NCBI GenBank assembly: GCA_021778015.1
Contig: JAJYCX010000007.1
Coordinates: 17,078-81,077, forward strand
Length of the DNA stretch: 64,000 bases
Direction of reading: 5' to 3'
Origin: Pseudomonadota bacterium
GTDB taxonomy: Bacteria > Pseudomonadota > Gammaproteobacteria > UBA1113
Position numbers and translations under genes: made by a program. Below the pieces are notes generated by a model, which saw nothing but the letters and a program-made list of their open reading frames with translations, did not search any database and was not told the DNA's origin. Shown one piece after another: positions 38,270 to 48,252 of the stretch. How positions within the stretch are numbered: position 1 is the stretch's first letter; every line of letters begins with the position of its first letter.

Positions 38270-39949
38270 CTAACGATTACGTAATTCCTTTCGTAAAATC
38301 TTACCCACTGAGGTCTTAGGCAGTTCATCACAAAACTCAATCACGTGAGGTACTTTATAGCGCGTTAAGTTTTTTCTGCAATGCTCAATCACACTTTCCA
38401 CGGTTAAATTCGGATCCTTCTTCACGATAAAGGCTTTCACCTGTTCGCCGCTGCTATCGCTAGGAATACCAATGACACCACTTTCTAAAATACCCGGGTG
38501 CATCGCCAAAACCGCTTCAACTTCATTAGGATACACATTAAAACCCGACACTAAAATCATATCTTTGCTACGGTCCAATATATAAAGTTGCCCTTCTTCA
38601 TCTATTTTGCCAATATCGCCCGTACGCAACCACTCTTCTGGCCAAAAAACCAGGCGTGTCTCCGCTTCATTGTGCCAATAACCTCTCATCACTTGCGGAC
38701 CGCGTACGCACAATTCGCCTATAGCCCCTAAAGGCAATTCATTACCCTTATCATCGCGTACAGATATTTCGGTTGAAGATATGGGTAAACCCACAGAAGT
38801 ATTATAGGCTTTCGCTGTAAGCGGTGTAATCGTCACCGCAGGGGATGTTTCCGTTAAACCATATGCGGCTAATAAGGGCACTCCTGTTTTAGCCACCCAG
38901 CGTTTTGCTACTTCTTCCTGTATGGCCGTCCCCCCCCCTAAACAAAATAGCAATGACGAAAAATCAATTTTTTCAAACCCGGGTGTGTTAATCAATGAGT
39001 TAAATAAGCTGTTAACTCCTGTGATGGCGTGAAATTCTTCTTTTTGCAGCCGTTTAACAAATTCTTTAAAATTTCTAGGATCTAAAATCAGCAAGTTTAC
39101 CCCACCTAAATACATAAACAATAAGCCATTCGCAAGTAACGAAAAAATATGATATAGCGGTATTGCGGTAACGATAGTCTTTAGGGTTTTAGAATCCCGT
39201 TTATCTAAAGCGGGTTGTACCCAAGCCTTTGCCTGTAATAGGTTGGATATTAGATTAAAGTGAGTCAGCTCAGCACCTTTGGATACACCGGTGGTTCCAC
39301 CCGTATATTGTAAAAAAGCCACATCGTATTTGTCGATGTTGACTGTATCCAAGGTTTTATCTTTTCCATAGGCTAAAGCATGTTGTAAACTTACATAATC
39401 CGGCAAATGCCATGTTGGGATTTTGCGCGTTACATATTTTAAAATTATTTGTAATAAGCTTGCTTTCCAAGGAGGGCAAAAATCGCCTAGATGTGCCACC
39501 ATCGCTTTGACCATATGCGCTTCTTGCCAACTATCGGCCAACGTATGCGCGAACATATCTAAAACCAAGACATGGTGACAACCCGCATCTATTAGTTGAT
39601 ATGTTAATTCTCGTTGGGTATATAACGGATTGATATTGACGACTATTAAGCCTGCTCGCAATGCTCCCAACATGGCAATAGGATAAGCCAATAGATTGGG
39701 CAACATAAGACCAAAACGCATGCCTTTCTTTAAGCCCCATTCTTGCTGTAAAAAACAGGCAAAGGCTAAGCTCTTTGCATCTAATTCGGCATAAGTTAAA
39801 TTACCAAACTCGCTTTTAAACGCAATCAAATCCGCATGCTCGCGGCATGAAGCCAATAGCACATCCACCAATGACCCTAGATTACTGGCATCAATCGTTT
39901 CAGGAACTCCTTGCGGGTAATTTTTAAGCCATATTTTTTCCATATGCAT
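38270..39949 (-). CDS. fadD: Long-chain-fatty-acid--CoA ligase (AMP-binding)
   Basis: 559 aa. YTGGTTGVSKGA AMP-binding P-loop and C-terminal GKILRKEL. Confidence 0.8.
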   Translation of the reverse strand: MHMEKIWLKNYPQGVPETIDASNLGSLVDVLLASCREHADLIAFKSEFGNLTYAELDAKSLAFACFLQQEWGLKKGMRFGLMLPNLLAYPIAMLGALRAGLIVVNINPLYTQRELTYQLIDAGCHHVLVLDMFAHTLADSWQEAHMVKAMVAHLGDFCPPWKASLLQIILKYVTRKIPTWHLPDYVSLQHALAYGKDKTLDTVNIDKYDVAFLQYTGGTTGVSKGAELTHFNLISNLLQAKAWVQPALDKRDSKTLKTIVTAIPLYHIFSLLANGLLFMYLGGVNLLILDPRNFKEFVKRLQKEEFHAITGVNSLFNSLINTPGFEKIDFSSLLFCLGGGTAIQEEVAKRWVAKTGVPLLAAYGLTETSPAVTITPLTAKAYNTSVGLPISSTEISVRDDKGNELPLGAIGELCVRGPQVMRGYWHNEAETRLVFWPEEWLRTGDIGKIDEEGQLYILDRSKDMILVSGFNVYPNEVEAVLAMHPGILESGVIGIPSDSSGEQVKAFIVKKDPNLTVESVIEHCRKNLTRYKVPHVIEFCDELPKTSVGKILRKELRNR

Positions 39950-40124
39950 TCTCTCTGATTATAAAGCGGACTGGCTTTCTGCCTTATTTTTTAATACTAT
40001 ACACCATAATATACTAGTGTAGATGATTTTTAGAGCCATATTATGCTTTTGTATTATGAAAAGCCAATTTTGGTAAATAATACAGCTAGTTACGTACAAA
40101 CGACCGCTATTCGAGGAATTCATT

Positions 40125-40847
40125 ATGACCGTAGCCATGCTAGAATCGTTACAATTACGCGCTAGCTTGTTTCCATTGACTATATTGCCGTTAAAAGACA
40201 ATAATTTAAACGCCTTGGAGCTAGCCCTAGATGCTAAGATCAATCAAGCACCACAATTCTTTAATGGCACACCCATTGTATTAGATCTACATTCCTACAC
40301 CCTAGAAGCTTTACCCCCTTTTACGGATATCAAAGCCTTGCTAGATAGGAAGGGCTTAAAATTAGTAGGAGTTGCCACCAGCAACGAACTGTACAAAAAA
40401 GAGGCGTCTAACCAAGGTTTGGCTTTAATGGATCCTAAACAATCCTCTAGCAATACCCAAAATAGCAAAAAAATGGCCCCTAGTGTAGAAAATAATAGCT
40501 CGGCCGCACCCCAGTCCCAACCACCCAGCAAAATGATTCTACAATCCATACGTTCAGGCCAACAAATCTATGCAGAGAACGACTTAATCATCCTAGGCAT
40601 GGTTAGCCCCGGAGCTGAAATCATTGCTGGCGGCAATATTCATGTCTATGGCAAGCTGTCGGGACGCGCATTGGCTGGTATTCAACAGCAATCACAAGCA
40701 CGTATCTTCTGCCGTGAATTCGATGCAGAGCTCATTGCTATCGCGGGGGTCTACCAAGTCAAGGAAGACTTTGATTTGGCTAAATTAACTCGAGGGGCAA
40801 CCCAGATTTATCTAGAAGATAATCACTTAAAAATAGTTCCCCTCTAG
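40125..40847 (+). CDS. minC: Septum site-determining protein MinC
   Basis: The C-terminus IRSGQQIYAENDLIILGMVSPGAEIIAGGNIHVYGKLSGRALAG aligns with E. coli MinC. Confidence 0.75.
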   Translation: MTVAMLESLQLRASLFPLTILPLKDNNLNALELALDAKINQAPQFFNGTPIVLDLHSYTLEALPPFTDIKALLDRKGLKLVGVATSNELYKKEASNQGLALMDPKQSSSNTQNSKKMAPSVENNSSAAPQSQPPSKMILQSIRSGQQIYAENDLIILGMVSPGAEIIAGGNIHVYGKLSGRALAGIQQQSQARIFCREFDAELIAIAGVYQVKEDFDLAKLTRGATQIYLEDNHLKIVPL

Positions 40848-40916
40848 CCAAAAGCTCTTTTTTGCGCTAAAATAGGCCAAGGTAACCCCCATTAAATAGT
40901 ATAGGTCTTTGAATAA

Positions 40917-41882
40917 ATGGAACAAAAATTTCTTGCTGCGGCCAAATTAGTCATTGATTTAGAGTGTCAGTCTATACAAAGGCTAGTTGATTACATAGAC
41001 AAAGACTTTATAACGGCTTGTAAGACCATACTTGCTTGCAAAGGACGTGTAGTCGTGCTCGGCATGGGTAAATCCGGGCATATAGCCGCCAAAATCGCCG
41101 CCACTCTAGCCAGTACCGGCACGCCCGCCTTTTGCGTGCATCCGGGCGATGCAAGCCATGGGGATTTAGGGATGATCACCCCGCAGGATGTGGTTTTGGC
41201 CATTTCTAACTCAGGTGAAACCAGCGAAATTCTAACCTTATTACCACTATTAAAAGAATTACAGGTAAAATTAATCGCCATTTGCGGCCATGATAAATCT
41301 ACTCTAGCGCGTTTTGCCGATGCACTACTCAATACACATATAGATAAAGAAGCTTGTCCGCTAGGTTTAGCACCTACCACCAGCACCACCGCGGCCTTGG
41401 TCATGGGCGATGCCCTGGCTGTAGCCATATTAGAAGCGCGCGGTTTTACCAAAGAAGATTTTGCACGCTCACACCCCAGCGGCTCTTTAGGTCGACGTTT
41501 ATTAACGCGCGTACGAGATATCATGCGCACGGGAGATAGAATTCCGCGCATACACAGCTCTGCCATGGTGAGTGCTGCCTTGTTAGAAATGACGCAAAAG
41601 TTATTAGGTATGACAGCTGCTATCGATAACCAAGGTAAGCTTGTAGGTATTTATACCGATGGCGATTTAAGGCGAACGCTGAATCAGGGCATTTCTATTC
41701 ATGAGACACCACTCCATCAGGTGATGACTACAACGTATAAAACTATCACTCCCGATTTACTGGCCGCCGAAGCGCTGGAAATCATGGAAAATTTTAAAAT
41801 TACATCATTGCTGATAGTCGATGAAGCTGCAACATTAGTAGGCGCCATTAATATCCACGATGTCATGCAGGCCGGACTATAA
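40917..41882 (+). CDS. kdsD: Arabinose-5-phosphate isomerase (SIS + tandem CBS)
   Basis: 321 aa, SIS motif VVLGMGKSGHIA and C-terminal CBS pair. Confidence 0.85.
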   Translation: MEQKFLAAAKLVIDLECQSIQRLVDYIDKDFITACKTILACKGRVVVLGMGKSGHIAAKIAATLASTGTPAFCVHPGDASHGDLGMITPQDVVLAISNSGETSEILTLLPLLKELQVKLIAICGHDKSTLARFADALLNTHIDKEACPLGLAPTTSTTAALVMGDALAVAILEARGFTKEDFARSHPSGSLGRRLLTRVRDIMRTGDRIPRIHSSAMVSAALLEMTQKLLGMTAAIDNQGKLVGIYTDGDLRRTLNQGISIHETPLHQVMTTTYKTITPDLLAAEALEIMENFKITSLLIVDEAATLVGAINIHDVMQAGL

Positions 41883-41902
41883 AATAACAGTAGAGGATTA
41901 TC

Positions 41903-42427
41903 ATGTCAAACACTTTATCAGACAGCGCAAAAAAAATTCGTTTAGCCATCTTTGATATGGATGGCGTGCTAACCGATGGTAAGCTGTATTTATTGGACGA
42001 TGGCCAAAACCTAAAAGCGTTTCATTGCCATGATGGCTTAGGGATTAAATTATTGGCTAGAACCGGCATCATTACGGCCGTTATTACCACCCATCGCTCT
42101 GCGTTAATCGACAAGCGCATGGCACAATTACAAGTAGCGCACGTTTATCAAGGGGTTGAAAATAAAATCACCGCTTATGAAGAATTGATCGCTAAATTGA
42201 ATATACGGGATGAAGAAGTTCTTTATATGGGTGATGATTTACCGGATATCGCTATCATTCGTCGTGTGGGATTGGGTATCGCTGTTGCTAATGCCGTTGA
42301 TATGGTCAAACAATTTGCCCGTTATACTACAAATCGTAATGGAGGCGAAGGTGCGGTGCGCGAAGTATGTGAATTGATTCTACATGCACAAAATACGTTT
42401 AAAGATGTACATGAGGCTTTCTTATGA
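41903..42427 (+). CDS. kdsC: 3-deoxy-D-manno-octulosonate 8-phosphate phosphatase
   Basis: 174 aa, HAD motif RLAIFDMDGVLTDG. Confidence 0.85.
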   Translation: MSNTLSDSAKKIRLAIFDMDGVLTDGKLYLLDDGQNLKAFHCHDGLGIKLLARTGIITAVITTHRSALIDKRMAQLQVAHVYQGVENKITAYEELIAKLNIRDEEVLYMGDDLPDIAIIRRVGLGIAVANAVDMVKQFARYTTNRNGGEGAVREVCELILHAQNTFKDVHEAFL

Positions 42428-43017
42428 TAGCGACTAAAAAATATTATTTTATAAATGCGTTGCTACTGCTGTTAGCCATTGTTTCTTTTTTGGGCTGGTA
42501 TAACTACACAGGCAATCCTGGTAATGCTAAAACAACGGCTAAAATCGATGCTTTTGCCATTGATATAGACGGCATGCAATTTGACGTTTTGGGTCAGAAA
42601 CAAGGTGAATTAAAAAGCCCTAAATTACTGCATTTTGCCAATGATGATTCCAGTCTATTAACGACCCCACGCCTCACTCTGTATTCAAAAGACAATAAAG
42701 CCCCTTGGTCCATTACATCCCAAACAGGAAAAACATTCAATGGTACAGAAAAAGTAGATTTAATAGATAATGTTGTCATTCATCAGCCCACAAGCGCACA
42801 GAATCAAGATACTACCATCAGCACATCTTTATTGCATATTTTTCCAAAACAACAATTGGCAAATACCGATAAATCTGTGACCCTGGTGCAATCTGGAGTT
42901 AAAATAACGTCTATAGGCATGAATGCGTATTTAGACCAAAAACATGTTACCCTATTATCACAAGCACGAGGTTTCTATGATCCAACTAAAGCGCAACCTA
43001 CTCATTCTTTGTCTTAG
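42424..43017 (+). CDS. lptC: LPS export protein LptC
   Basis: 197 aa, N-terminal TM anchor, position between kdsC and lptA. Confidence 0.7.
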   Translation: MIATKKYYFINALLLLLAIVSFLGWYNYTGNPGNAKTTAKIDAFAIDIDGMQFDVLGQKQGELKSPKLLHFANDDSSLLTTPRLTLYSKDNKAPWSITSQTGKTFNGTEKVDLIDNVVIHQPTSAQNQDTTISTSLLHIFPKQQLANTDKSVTLVQSGVKITSIGMNAYLDQKHVTLLSQARGFYDPTKAQPTHSLS

Positions 43018-43507
43018 CTGCCTTATTTCTGTAAGCTATGCTTTAGACAGTGATCAACAGCAACAACTGCTGATTTCTTCAGACACGGCCGATTTAAACA
43101 GCCAAACTGGCGTTGGGGTCTATACGGGTAATGTCACCATCGATCAAGGGACGACTCACGTGCGTGGCGATAAAGTCACTTCCTATAGCGCAAATAATAA
43201 AATCACTCAGGTTGTCGCGGAGGGGGGGCAAAAACAACAGGCACGTTATGAAAGCGTCATCGATCCAAACAAGCCGCCGTTAATCGCTACCGCTGATACC
43301 ATCAAATTTTTTCCTGATAAAAACTATGCCATTTTGTTAGGCCATGCTTATGTGCAGCAAGGAGCAAATAGCATTGCAGGTGAGCATTTAGAATATGATT
43401 TGACTAATAAAATCTTAAAATCAATCACCGCTCCTAGTGCCAAAGCGGTACGTACCCGCATCGTCATTGATCCCAACAACCTACCTAAGATGGACCAAAA
43501 ACCATGA
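42977..43507 (+). CDS. lptA: LPS transport periplasmic protein LptA (start taken at MIQLKRNLL; the ORF begins at 42944)
   Basis: Signal peptide and OstA-N fold …[20 protein letters not shown]…. Confidence 0.75.
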   Translation: MIQLKRNLLILCLSCLISVSYALDSDQQQQLLISSDTADLNSQTGVGVYTGNVTIDQGTTHVRGDKVTSYSANNKITQVVAEGGQKQQARYESVIDPNKPPLIATADTIKFFPDKNYAILLGHAYVQQGANSIAGEHLEYDLTNKILKSITAPSAKAVRTRIVIDPNNLPKMDQKP

Positions 43508-44235
43508 CCCAGAAAACATTACGCGCCGTTGCGTTAGAGAAAAGTTACAAGAAACGTACTGTGGTTAAGAATGTTTCTATGGAAATCAACAGCGGTGAAA
43601 TCGTCGGCTTATTAGGTCCAAATGGTGCCGGTAAAACAACCAGTTTTTACATGATCGTCGGTTTAGTAAGGCCTGATCGCGGTCAAATTTTTATAGATGG
43701 AGAAGAAATTACCCATCTGCCTATACATGAACGAGCACATAAGGGTTTAAGCTATCTACCCCAAGAAGCCTCTGTATTTAGAAAACTAACGGTGTCACAA
43801 AATATTTTAGCTATATTAGAATTGCAAAAGCATTTAACAGACGAAGAACGGCAACATCGCCTCAAGGAATTATTGAATGAATTTCACATTTATCACATAC
43901 GCGATAATTTAGGCATTAGCCTATCGGGAGGTGAAAGACGCCGTGTTGAAATTGCCCGTGCACTGGCAACCAGCCCTGCTTTTGTATTATTGGATGAACC
44001 TTTCGCTGGCGTGGATCCCATTTCCGTCGTCGACATTAAACGTATTATCACACATTTATGCAGTAAAAAAATCGGTATTTTAATTACAGATCACAACGTA
44101 CGTGAAACTCTAGATATCTGCGAGCGCGCCTACATAGTCAATGAAGGCGAAATGATTTGCCAAGGCCCACCACAAGTGATTCTATCCGATCAAAAAGTAC
44201 GCGAGGTGTATCTAGGTGATGAGTTTGACTTATAA
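43504..44235 (+). CDS. lptB: LPS export ABC transporter ATPase LptB
   Basis: 243 aa with Walker [10 protein letters not shown], signature LSGGERRR and Walker B VLLDEPF. Confidence 0.9.
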   Translation: MTQKTLRAVALEKSYKKRTVVKNVSMEINSGEIVGLLGPNGAGKTTSFYMIVGLVRPDRGQIFIDGEEITHLPIHERAHKGLSYLPQEASVFRKLTVSQNILAILELQKHLTDEERQHRLKELLNEFHIYHIRDNLGISLSGGERRRVEIARALATSPAFVLLDEPFAGVDPISVVDIKRIITHLCSKKIGILITDHNVRETLDICERAYIVNEGEMICQGPPQVILSDQKVREVYLGDEFDL

Positions 44236-44238
44236 AGC

Positions 44239-46533
44239 TTAATCACTGCTATGCTGATTATCAGCACTGGTAATATTGACTGAAATAATAAGTTCTGAAA
44301 GCTTCTTTAGATCTTTATCTAACAGATGAATACAAATATCCATAGCATGCCCCCGTAAGCTTTCTTTTTCCAAGATGCTTTTAGAAACATAAATATAAGG
44401 CGGACATTGCGTATATGGAAAATGAATATTATGATCCCCAAATTTCCACTGAATAAAGGCTACATTTTGCACGGATTTTTTTTCAAGCCATATCTTTAAT
44501 TTTGCTTCCTTTGGCCACGACAGCTCTATTACATTTGCATCTAGCCCATTTTCAGCTATTATAACCATGGGTGGTTCAAGCAAAATATTGGCTAAACCGC
44601 TGCTAAAATAATGATTGAGATTTTTAATCCAACGAACACTATAGTCGCGATAAGATTCATTCTTTTTAATGTCTTGTGGGTAATAGTTTAAGAAGTTCGC
44701 TTTTTCTATAGGTAATGGGGGTAACCAATCTTCTGGATTCTGAGGCCACCCTGCGGCACAATAATAAGCATCCCTAAAGCTGTTTGGCGCAAGAAATTTA
44801 GCGATATTAAAATAACTACTCCATTCATCCAAGCCCATATTTAGACAATAGCTATAAGCAATTTCAACCAGTTTCTTGTTAAAAATCTGCGGCATATGAG
44901 AATTGTAAAGCTTGGTATCATAGCCTGAACTCTTTAAAAAGAGTCTGGTTTTCCAACAACATCTATCATAACTGGTTGGATTGCTATAATCTCCAAACCA
45001 TATGTCTTTAGAATCACAGTGAAAATATCCAGTATGAACCCCATTATTTAAATAAAAAGAAACATCTATATCTTCAATCACAACATAATCATCATCAAAG
45101 GCAATAAAATTTTCCGCTATTATTTCAGAAGCATATAATTTTTGGCGCAGTAAAGAATTTCTTTTAGCATGATCTTGAGGCAAGATTGAATTATTCAATA
45201 GGGCAAGCTCATCCAGAATAGAGACTTTAATAGGCAATGTTTTTAACGTGTTTCGAAAACTCTCTTGCATGTCATTAGGACACGCAACTATTATATGGTC
45301 TATGAATTTCATATGTTCACAAGCGCTTTGGGCCGAAATAAAGCACTTTTCAATATTATTGCTAATATAGACTGCCTGTGTAGGAAGCAACATCATACTA
45401 CTTCTGTCTTCTAACTCAAGAAAATATTTAAGATAACCATTCGCCGCACTATGCCAATTTAAAGCAGAGAAATATGAGATCTTTTCTTTTTCAACTCGAT
45501 ATTTTTCTGGATCACTCAACTCGTCTAAAGCTCGTACAACCGAATCAGCATCCATCTGATCAATAGGATAGTTTTTACTTTGCGAGACCTCTTTGAATAC
45601 CTCAATAGGTGAAGTCACAGATATAGCCCCATAATACAATGACTCTACGATTGGAAGACCAAATCCTTCTTGCAAAGAAAGGTTAATAGTACAAAAGCAA
45701 AGCCTGTATAATGCTTGCAAAGAAACATCATTGGCATTATTAAGCATGAATAATTTTTTATTGAATAATGGATGATTTTTGATTCTTGATATTAAGTTAG
45801 AACTATTCCACCCAACCTTACCGACTATAACCAGGTTTAGATCAGGGATTTTTTCAAGCCATTGTTCAAAAGATTCTAACAGTAATGAAACATTTTTTCT
45901 AGGTTCAACTGTTCCCACAAATAATACAAATTTCCCTAAATGATTTAAAGTATAGGCTTCTTCATTATAGGTCGTGTCATCTATGGCCTCTTTAAAATCG
46001 GCACCTAATGGAAGCACTTCTACAATAGGTCTCTTAACAGCATATTGTTCGGCTAGAGCTAATAGATCTGAGCGCACAGCATGAGTTGTCGTTATCCAAT
46101 AATCGGTATAAATAAGGGATGCCGAAAAGTTTTCATGCCACCGAATAGCAGAGTTAATTTGGCAATATTCCGGGAATTGAGCTGGAATTATGTCATGACA
46201 TAAGCTGATGATTTTTACATTTAAGGATTTTAACTGTTCATATGTTCTTATACTGGAAGTACGATCAGACCATCTGGCATCTATTTCGAAAAAGGAATCG
46301 TTTGGCTGAAAATCGACTTGCCTATTTGATTTAAAATCAGACAGATTAACTTTATTGGCTTCAGAAAAAATGAAAAGTTGTTCCTCATTTAACTCATAGA
46401 ATATACCTTTATGGTTATATATCAGTTTAAAACCTCCATGACGATATAGGTTCAAAGAAATATTACGTACAACACGCTGTATGCCTGTTTTTAGATTAAA
46501 GATAAAAGTATTGCTGACATTAATATAAATCAT
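44239..46533 (-). CDS. Bifunctional glycosyltransferase: N-terminal GT4 (GT1-fold) domain plus a ~380-aa C-terminal domain of unknown family with a DDD(Y) motif
   Basis: 764 aa. The GT4 block is …FVGTVEPRKN…EGFGLPIVESL. The C-terminal half has no family I can name. The gene is AT-rich by eye. Confidence 0.6.
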   Translation of the reverse strand: MIYINVSNTFIFNLKTGIQRVVRNISLNLYRHGGFKLIYNHKGIFYELNEEQLFIFSEANKVNLSDFKSNRQVDFQPNDSFFEIDARWSDRTSSIRTYEQLKSLNVKIISLCHDIIPAQFPEYCQINSAIRWHENFSASLIYTDYWITTTHAVRSDLLALAEQYAVKRPIVEVLPLGADFKEAIDDTTYNEEAYTLNHLGKFVLFVGTVEPRKNVSLLLESFEQWLEKIPDLNLVIVGKVGWNSSNLISRIKNHPLFNKKLFMLNNANDVSLQALYRLCFCTINLSLQEGFGLPIVESLYYGAISVTSPIEVFKEVSQSKNYPIDQMDADSVVRALDELSDPEKYRVEKEKISYFSALNWHSAANGYLKYFLELEDRSSMMLLPTQAVYISNNIEKCFISAQSACEHMKFIDHIIVACPNDMQESFRNTLKTLPIKVSILDELALLNNSILPQDHAKRNSLLRQKLYASEIIAENFIAFDDDYVVIEDIDVSFYLNNGVHTGYFHCDSKDIWFGDYSNPTSYDRCCWKTRLFLKSSGYDTKLYNSHMPQIFNKKLVEIAYSYCLNMGLDEWSSYFNIAKFLAPNSFRDAYYCAAGWPQNPEDWLPPLPIEKANFLNYYPQDIKKNESYRDYSVRWIKNLNHYFSSGLANILLEPPMVIIAENGLDANVIELSWPKEAKLKIWLEKKSVQNVAFIQWKFGDHNIHFPYTQCPPYIYVSKSILEKESLRGHAMDICIHLLDKDLKKLSELIISVNITSADNQHSSD

Positions 46534-47108
46534 AATATTACCTTGATAAAACCGACATTTGAAAACTCAACGCTATTTTTTATCGCTAATATTGCAGGCA
46601 TGTAATTTTTCCTTCTCTTACAAACATAGCCATAAAATCTCATATCTTCATCGCTTGGCAATCGCCTTAAATAAGCATAAAATATACACTTTATATTTTG
46701 ATCTACATCGTCATTCTTATCCCAAGACAAATAATCTGTAGTTCGCAATTGTTCAACCTTTAAAACATCAAGCGAAACATCCATTTTTTTTAACATAGAT
46801 TGAAGAATAGAATTATATAAAGCATCTTGCTCCACTGAAAATACCGTTGAATCTTCTGGTCTTTGCGAGTTATCTATAACAAAGGAATGCCTATCCAAAA
46901 AAGAAACATATTGCTTGAACAAACGATAGTATTTATATACGTTGGGTTGGTCTTTCAACTTCTTATAAAGAAATCCCCCCAATTTTGGATTGACAAAAAT
47001 CAAGCGAACAAATAACCTCTGAAGTCTTAAGGTAAAACGCAAAATAGAAATAATAAAACCTTTAATTTTTGATTTTATCAAGAAAAGTGTTTTCTTTATT
47101 TTACGCAT
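46530..47108 (-). CDS. Hypothetical protein (192 aa) with a basic N-terminus, inside the glycosyltransferase island
   Basis: ORF with 4-bp overlaps to both flanking GT genes. Very AT-rich by eye. Confidence 0.4.
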   Translation of the reverse strand: MRKIKKTLFLIKSKIKGFIISILRFTLRLQRLFVRLIFVNPKLGGFLYKKLKDQPNVYKYYRLFKQYVSFLDRHSFVIDNSQRPEDSTVFSVEQDALYNSILQSMLKKMDVSLDVLKVEQLRTTDYLSWDKNDDVDQNIKCIFYAYLRRLPSDEDMRFYGYVCKRRKNYMPAILAIKNSVEFSNVGFIKVIL

Positions 47109-48222
47109 AATAAGCCCTTATCTTTTTCTTAAAGAGTTCTTCGTAAGCCAGTATCATATCAGAACTTTGAAAATAATCTAAAAACCTTTGTCTGGCCGCT
47201 TTTGAGAAAGCCTCGCATTTTGTAGCATCTTTATCTAAATCTAACATAGCCGAAAGCAGCGCATCAGAATCCCTTGCCGCCACAACCAAGCCCGTCACTC
47301 CAGCATCATTGACAAATGAAGTTCCTGTTCCAAGCTCAGTAGAAATAAGCGCTTTACCTGCACGCAAGCCCTCTACTAACGTTAGACAATATGCCTCTGA
47401 ACGTTCTGATGCCGGAACAACGACTGCTTTACAAAGTGAAAACAAAGCAGTTTTATCTTTTTCACTGACAGAGCCTAGGAAAGTTACATTATGTAAATTA
47501 TGTTGTTCAGCTAATTTCTTTAATTTTTCTTCCTCTGGACCGCTGCCAGCAATTACGATAGGTAACGATGTATTTTTAACCGCTTCTAACAAATAGCTAA
47601 GTCCTTTATAGTAACGAAGCACACCCAAAAACAAGAAAAAATTCTCTCCCACCTTAGCCTTCCAGAAGGTATGCTCTTGTAAACAGTCCTCAAATTTAGC
47701 CCCATCTTGCAATCCCAAAGAGATAACATAGGTCTTATCCAGATAGAGGTTTAAAACCTTACTGGATTGTCGATATTTTTCTGAGGTAGCAATGATTGCC
47801 GTTGCTCGGCGGAAGAAAAGATGCATCAACGGTTTATAAATTTTGTTGAGGTTTTTTTGACGGACAATGTCTGACTGATACGTTATTATATAAGGTTTAT
47901 ATAGACCTACCAAAAGAGAAGTTACGTCGGCCCAAGGCCAAGGGAAATGGAAGTTAATAATATCATGCTCCCTGCTTAATGCTTTAAATTTACGGACAAA
48001 ATCTAAGCTGACAGGGCAAGAGGCAAAATTAGCATTTGCTGGACAGTAATGAATTACCGCTTCGTTCTCTTTACGGGTATATGCTTTTTTAGTGCTTGTC
48101 GTCACCAACAAAGTGCATTGATGTCCCATCTCAATAAGACCTGCCATCAACACACGTATTACTTCCTCCACACCACCGCGAGACTCTGGGTAATAACTCT
48201 TATAAATAAAGAGTATTTTCAT
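47101..48222 (-). CDS. Glycosyltransferase family 4 (GT1 fold)
   Basis: 373 aa, GT4 C-terminal signature …VPASERSEAYCLTLVEGLRAGKALIST…. Confidence 0.7.
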   Translation of the reverse strand: MKILFIYKSYYPESRGGVEEVIRVLMAGLIEMGHQCTLLVTTSTKKAYTRKENEAVIHYCPANANFASCPVSLDFVRKFKALSREHDIINFHFPWPWADVTSLLVGLYKPYIITYQSDIVRQKNLNKIYKPLMHLFFRRATAIIATSEKYRQSSKVLNLYLDKTYVISLGLQDGAKFEDCLQEHTFWKAKVGENFFLFLGVLRYYKGLSYLLEAVKNTSLPIVIAGSGPEEEKLKKLAEQHNLHNVTFLGSVSEKDKTALFSLCKAVVVPASERSEAYCLTLVEGLRAGKALISTELGTGTSFVNDAGVTGLVVAARDSDALLSAMLDLDKDATKCEAFSKAARQRFLDYFQSSDMILAYEELFKKKIRAYYA

Positions 48223-48252
48223 TTATACCTCCATTTCTATTGTAGAAATTTT

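Noticed and set aside
40991-41566. 191-aa ORF antisense to kdsD
   Set aside because: It is embedded in a strongly supported kdsD reading frame. A low-complexity Ala/Ser-rich translation is typical of antisense GC-rich codons.
46559-46741. 60-aa + strand ORF inside the GT island
   Set aside because: It is antisense to the 192-aa and 764-aa genes in very AT-rich DNA and is a short random ORF.
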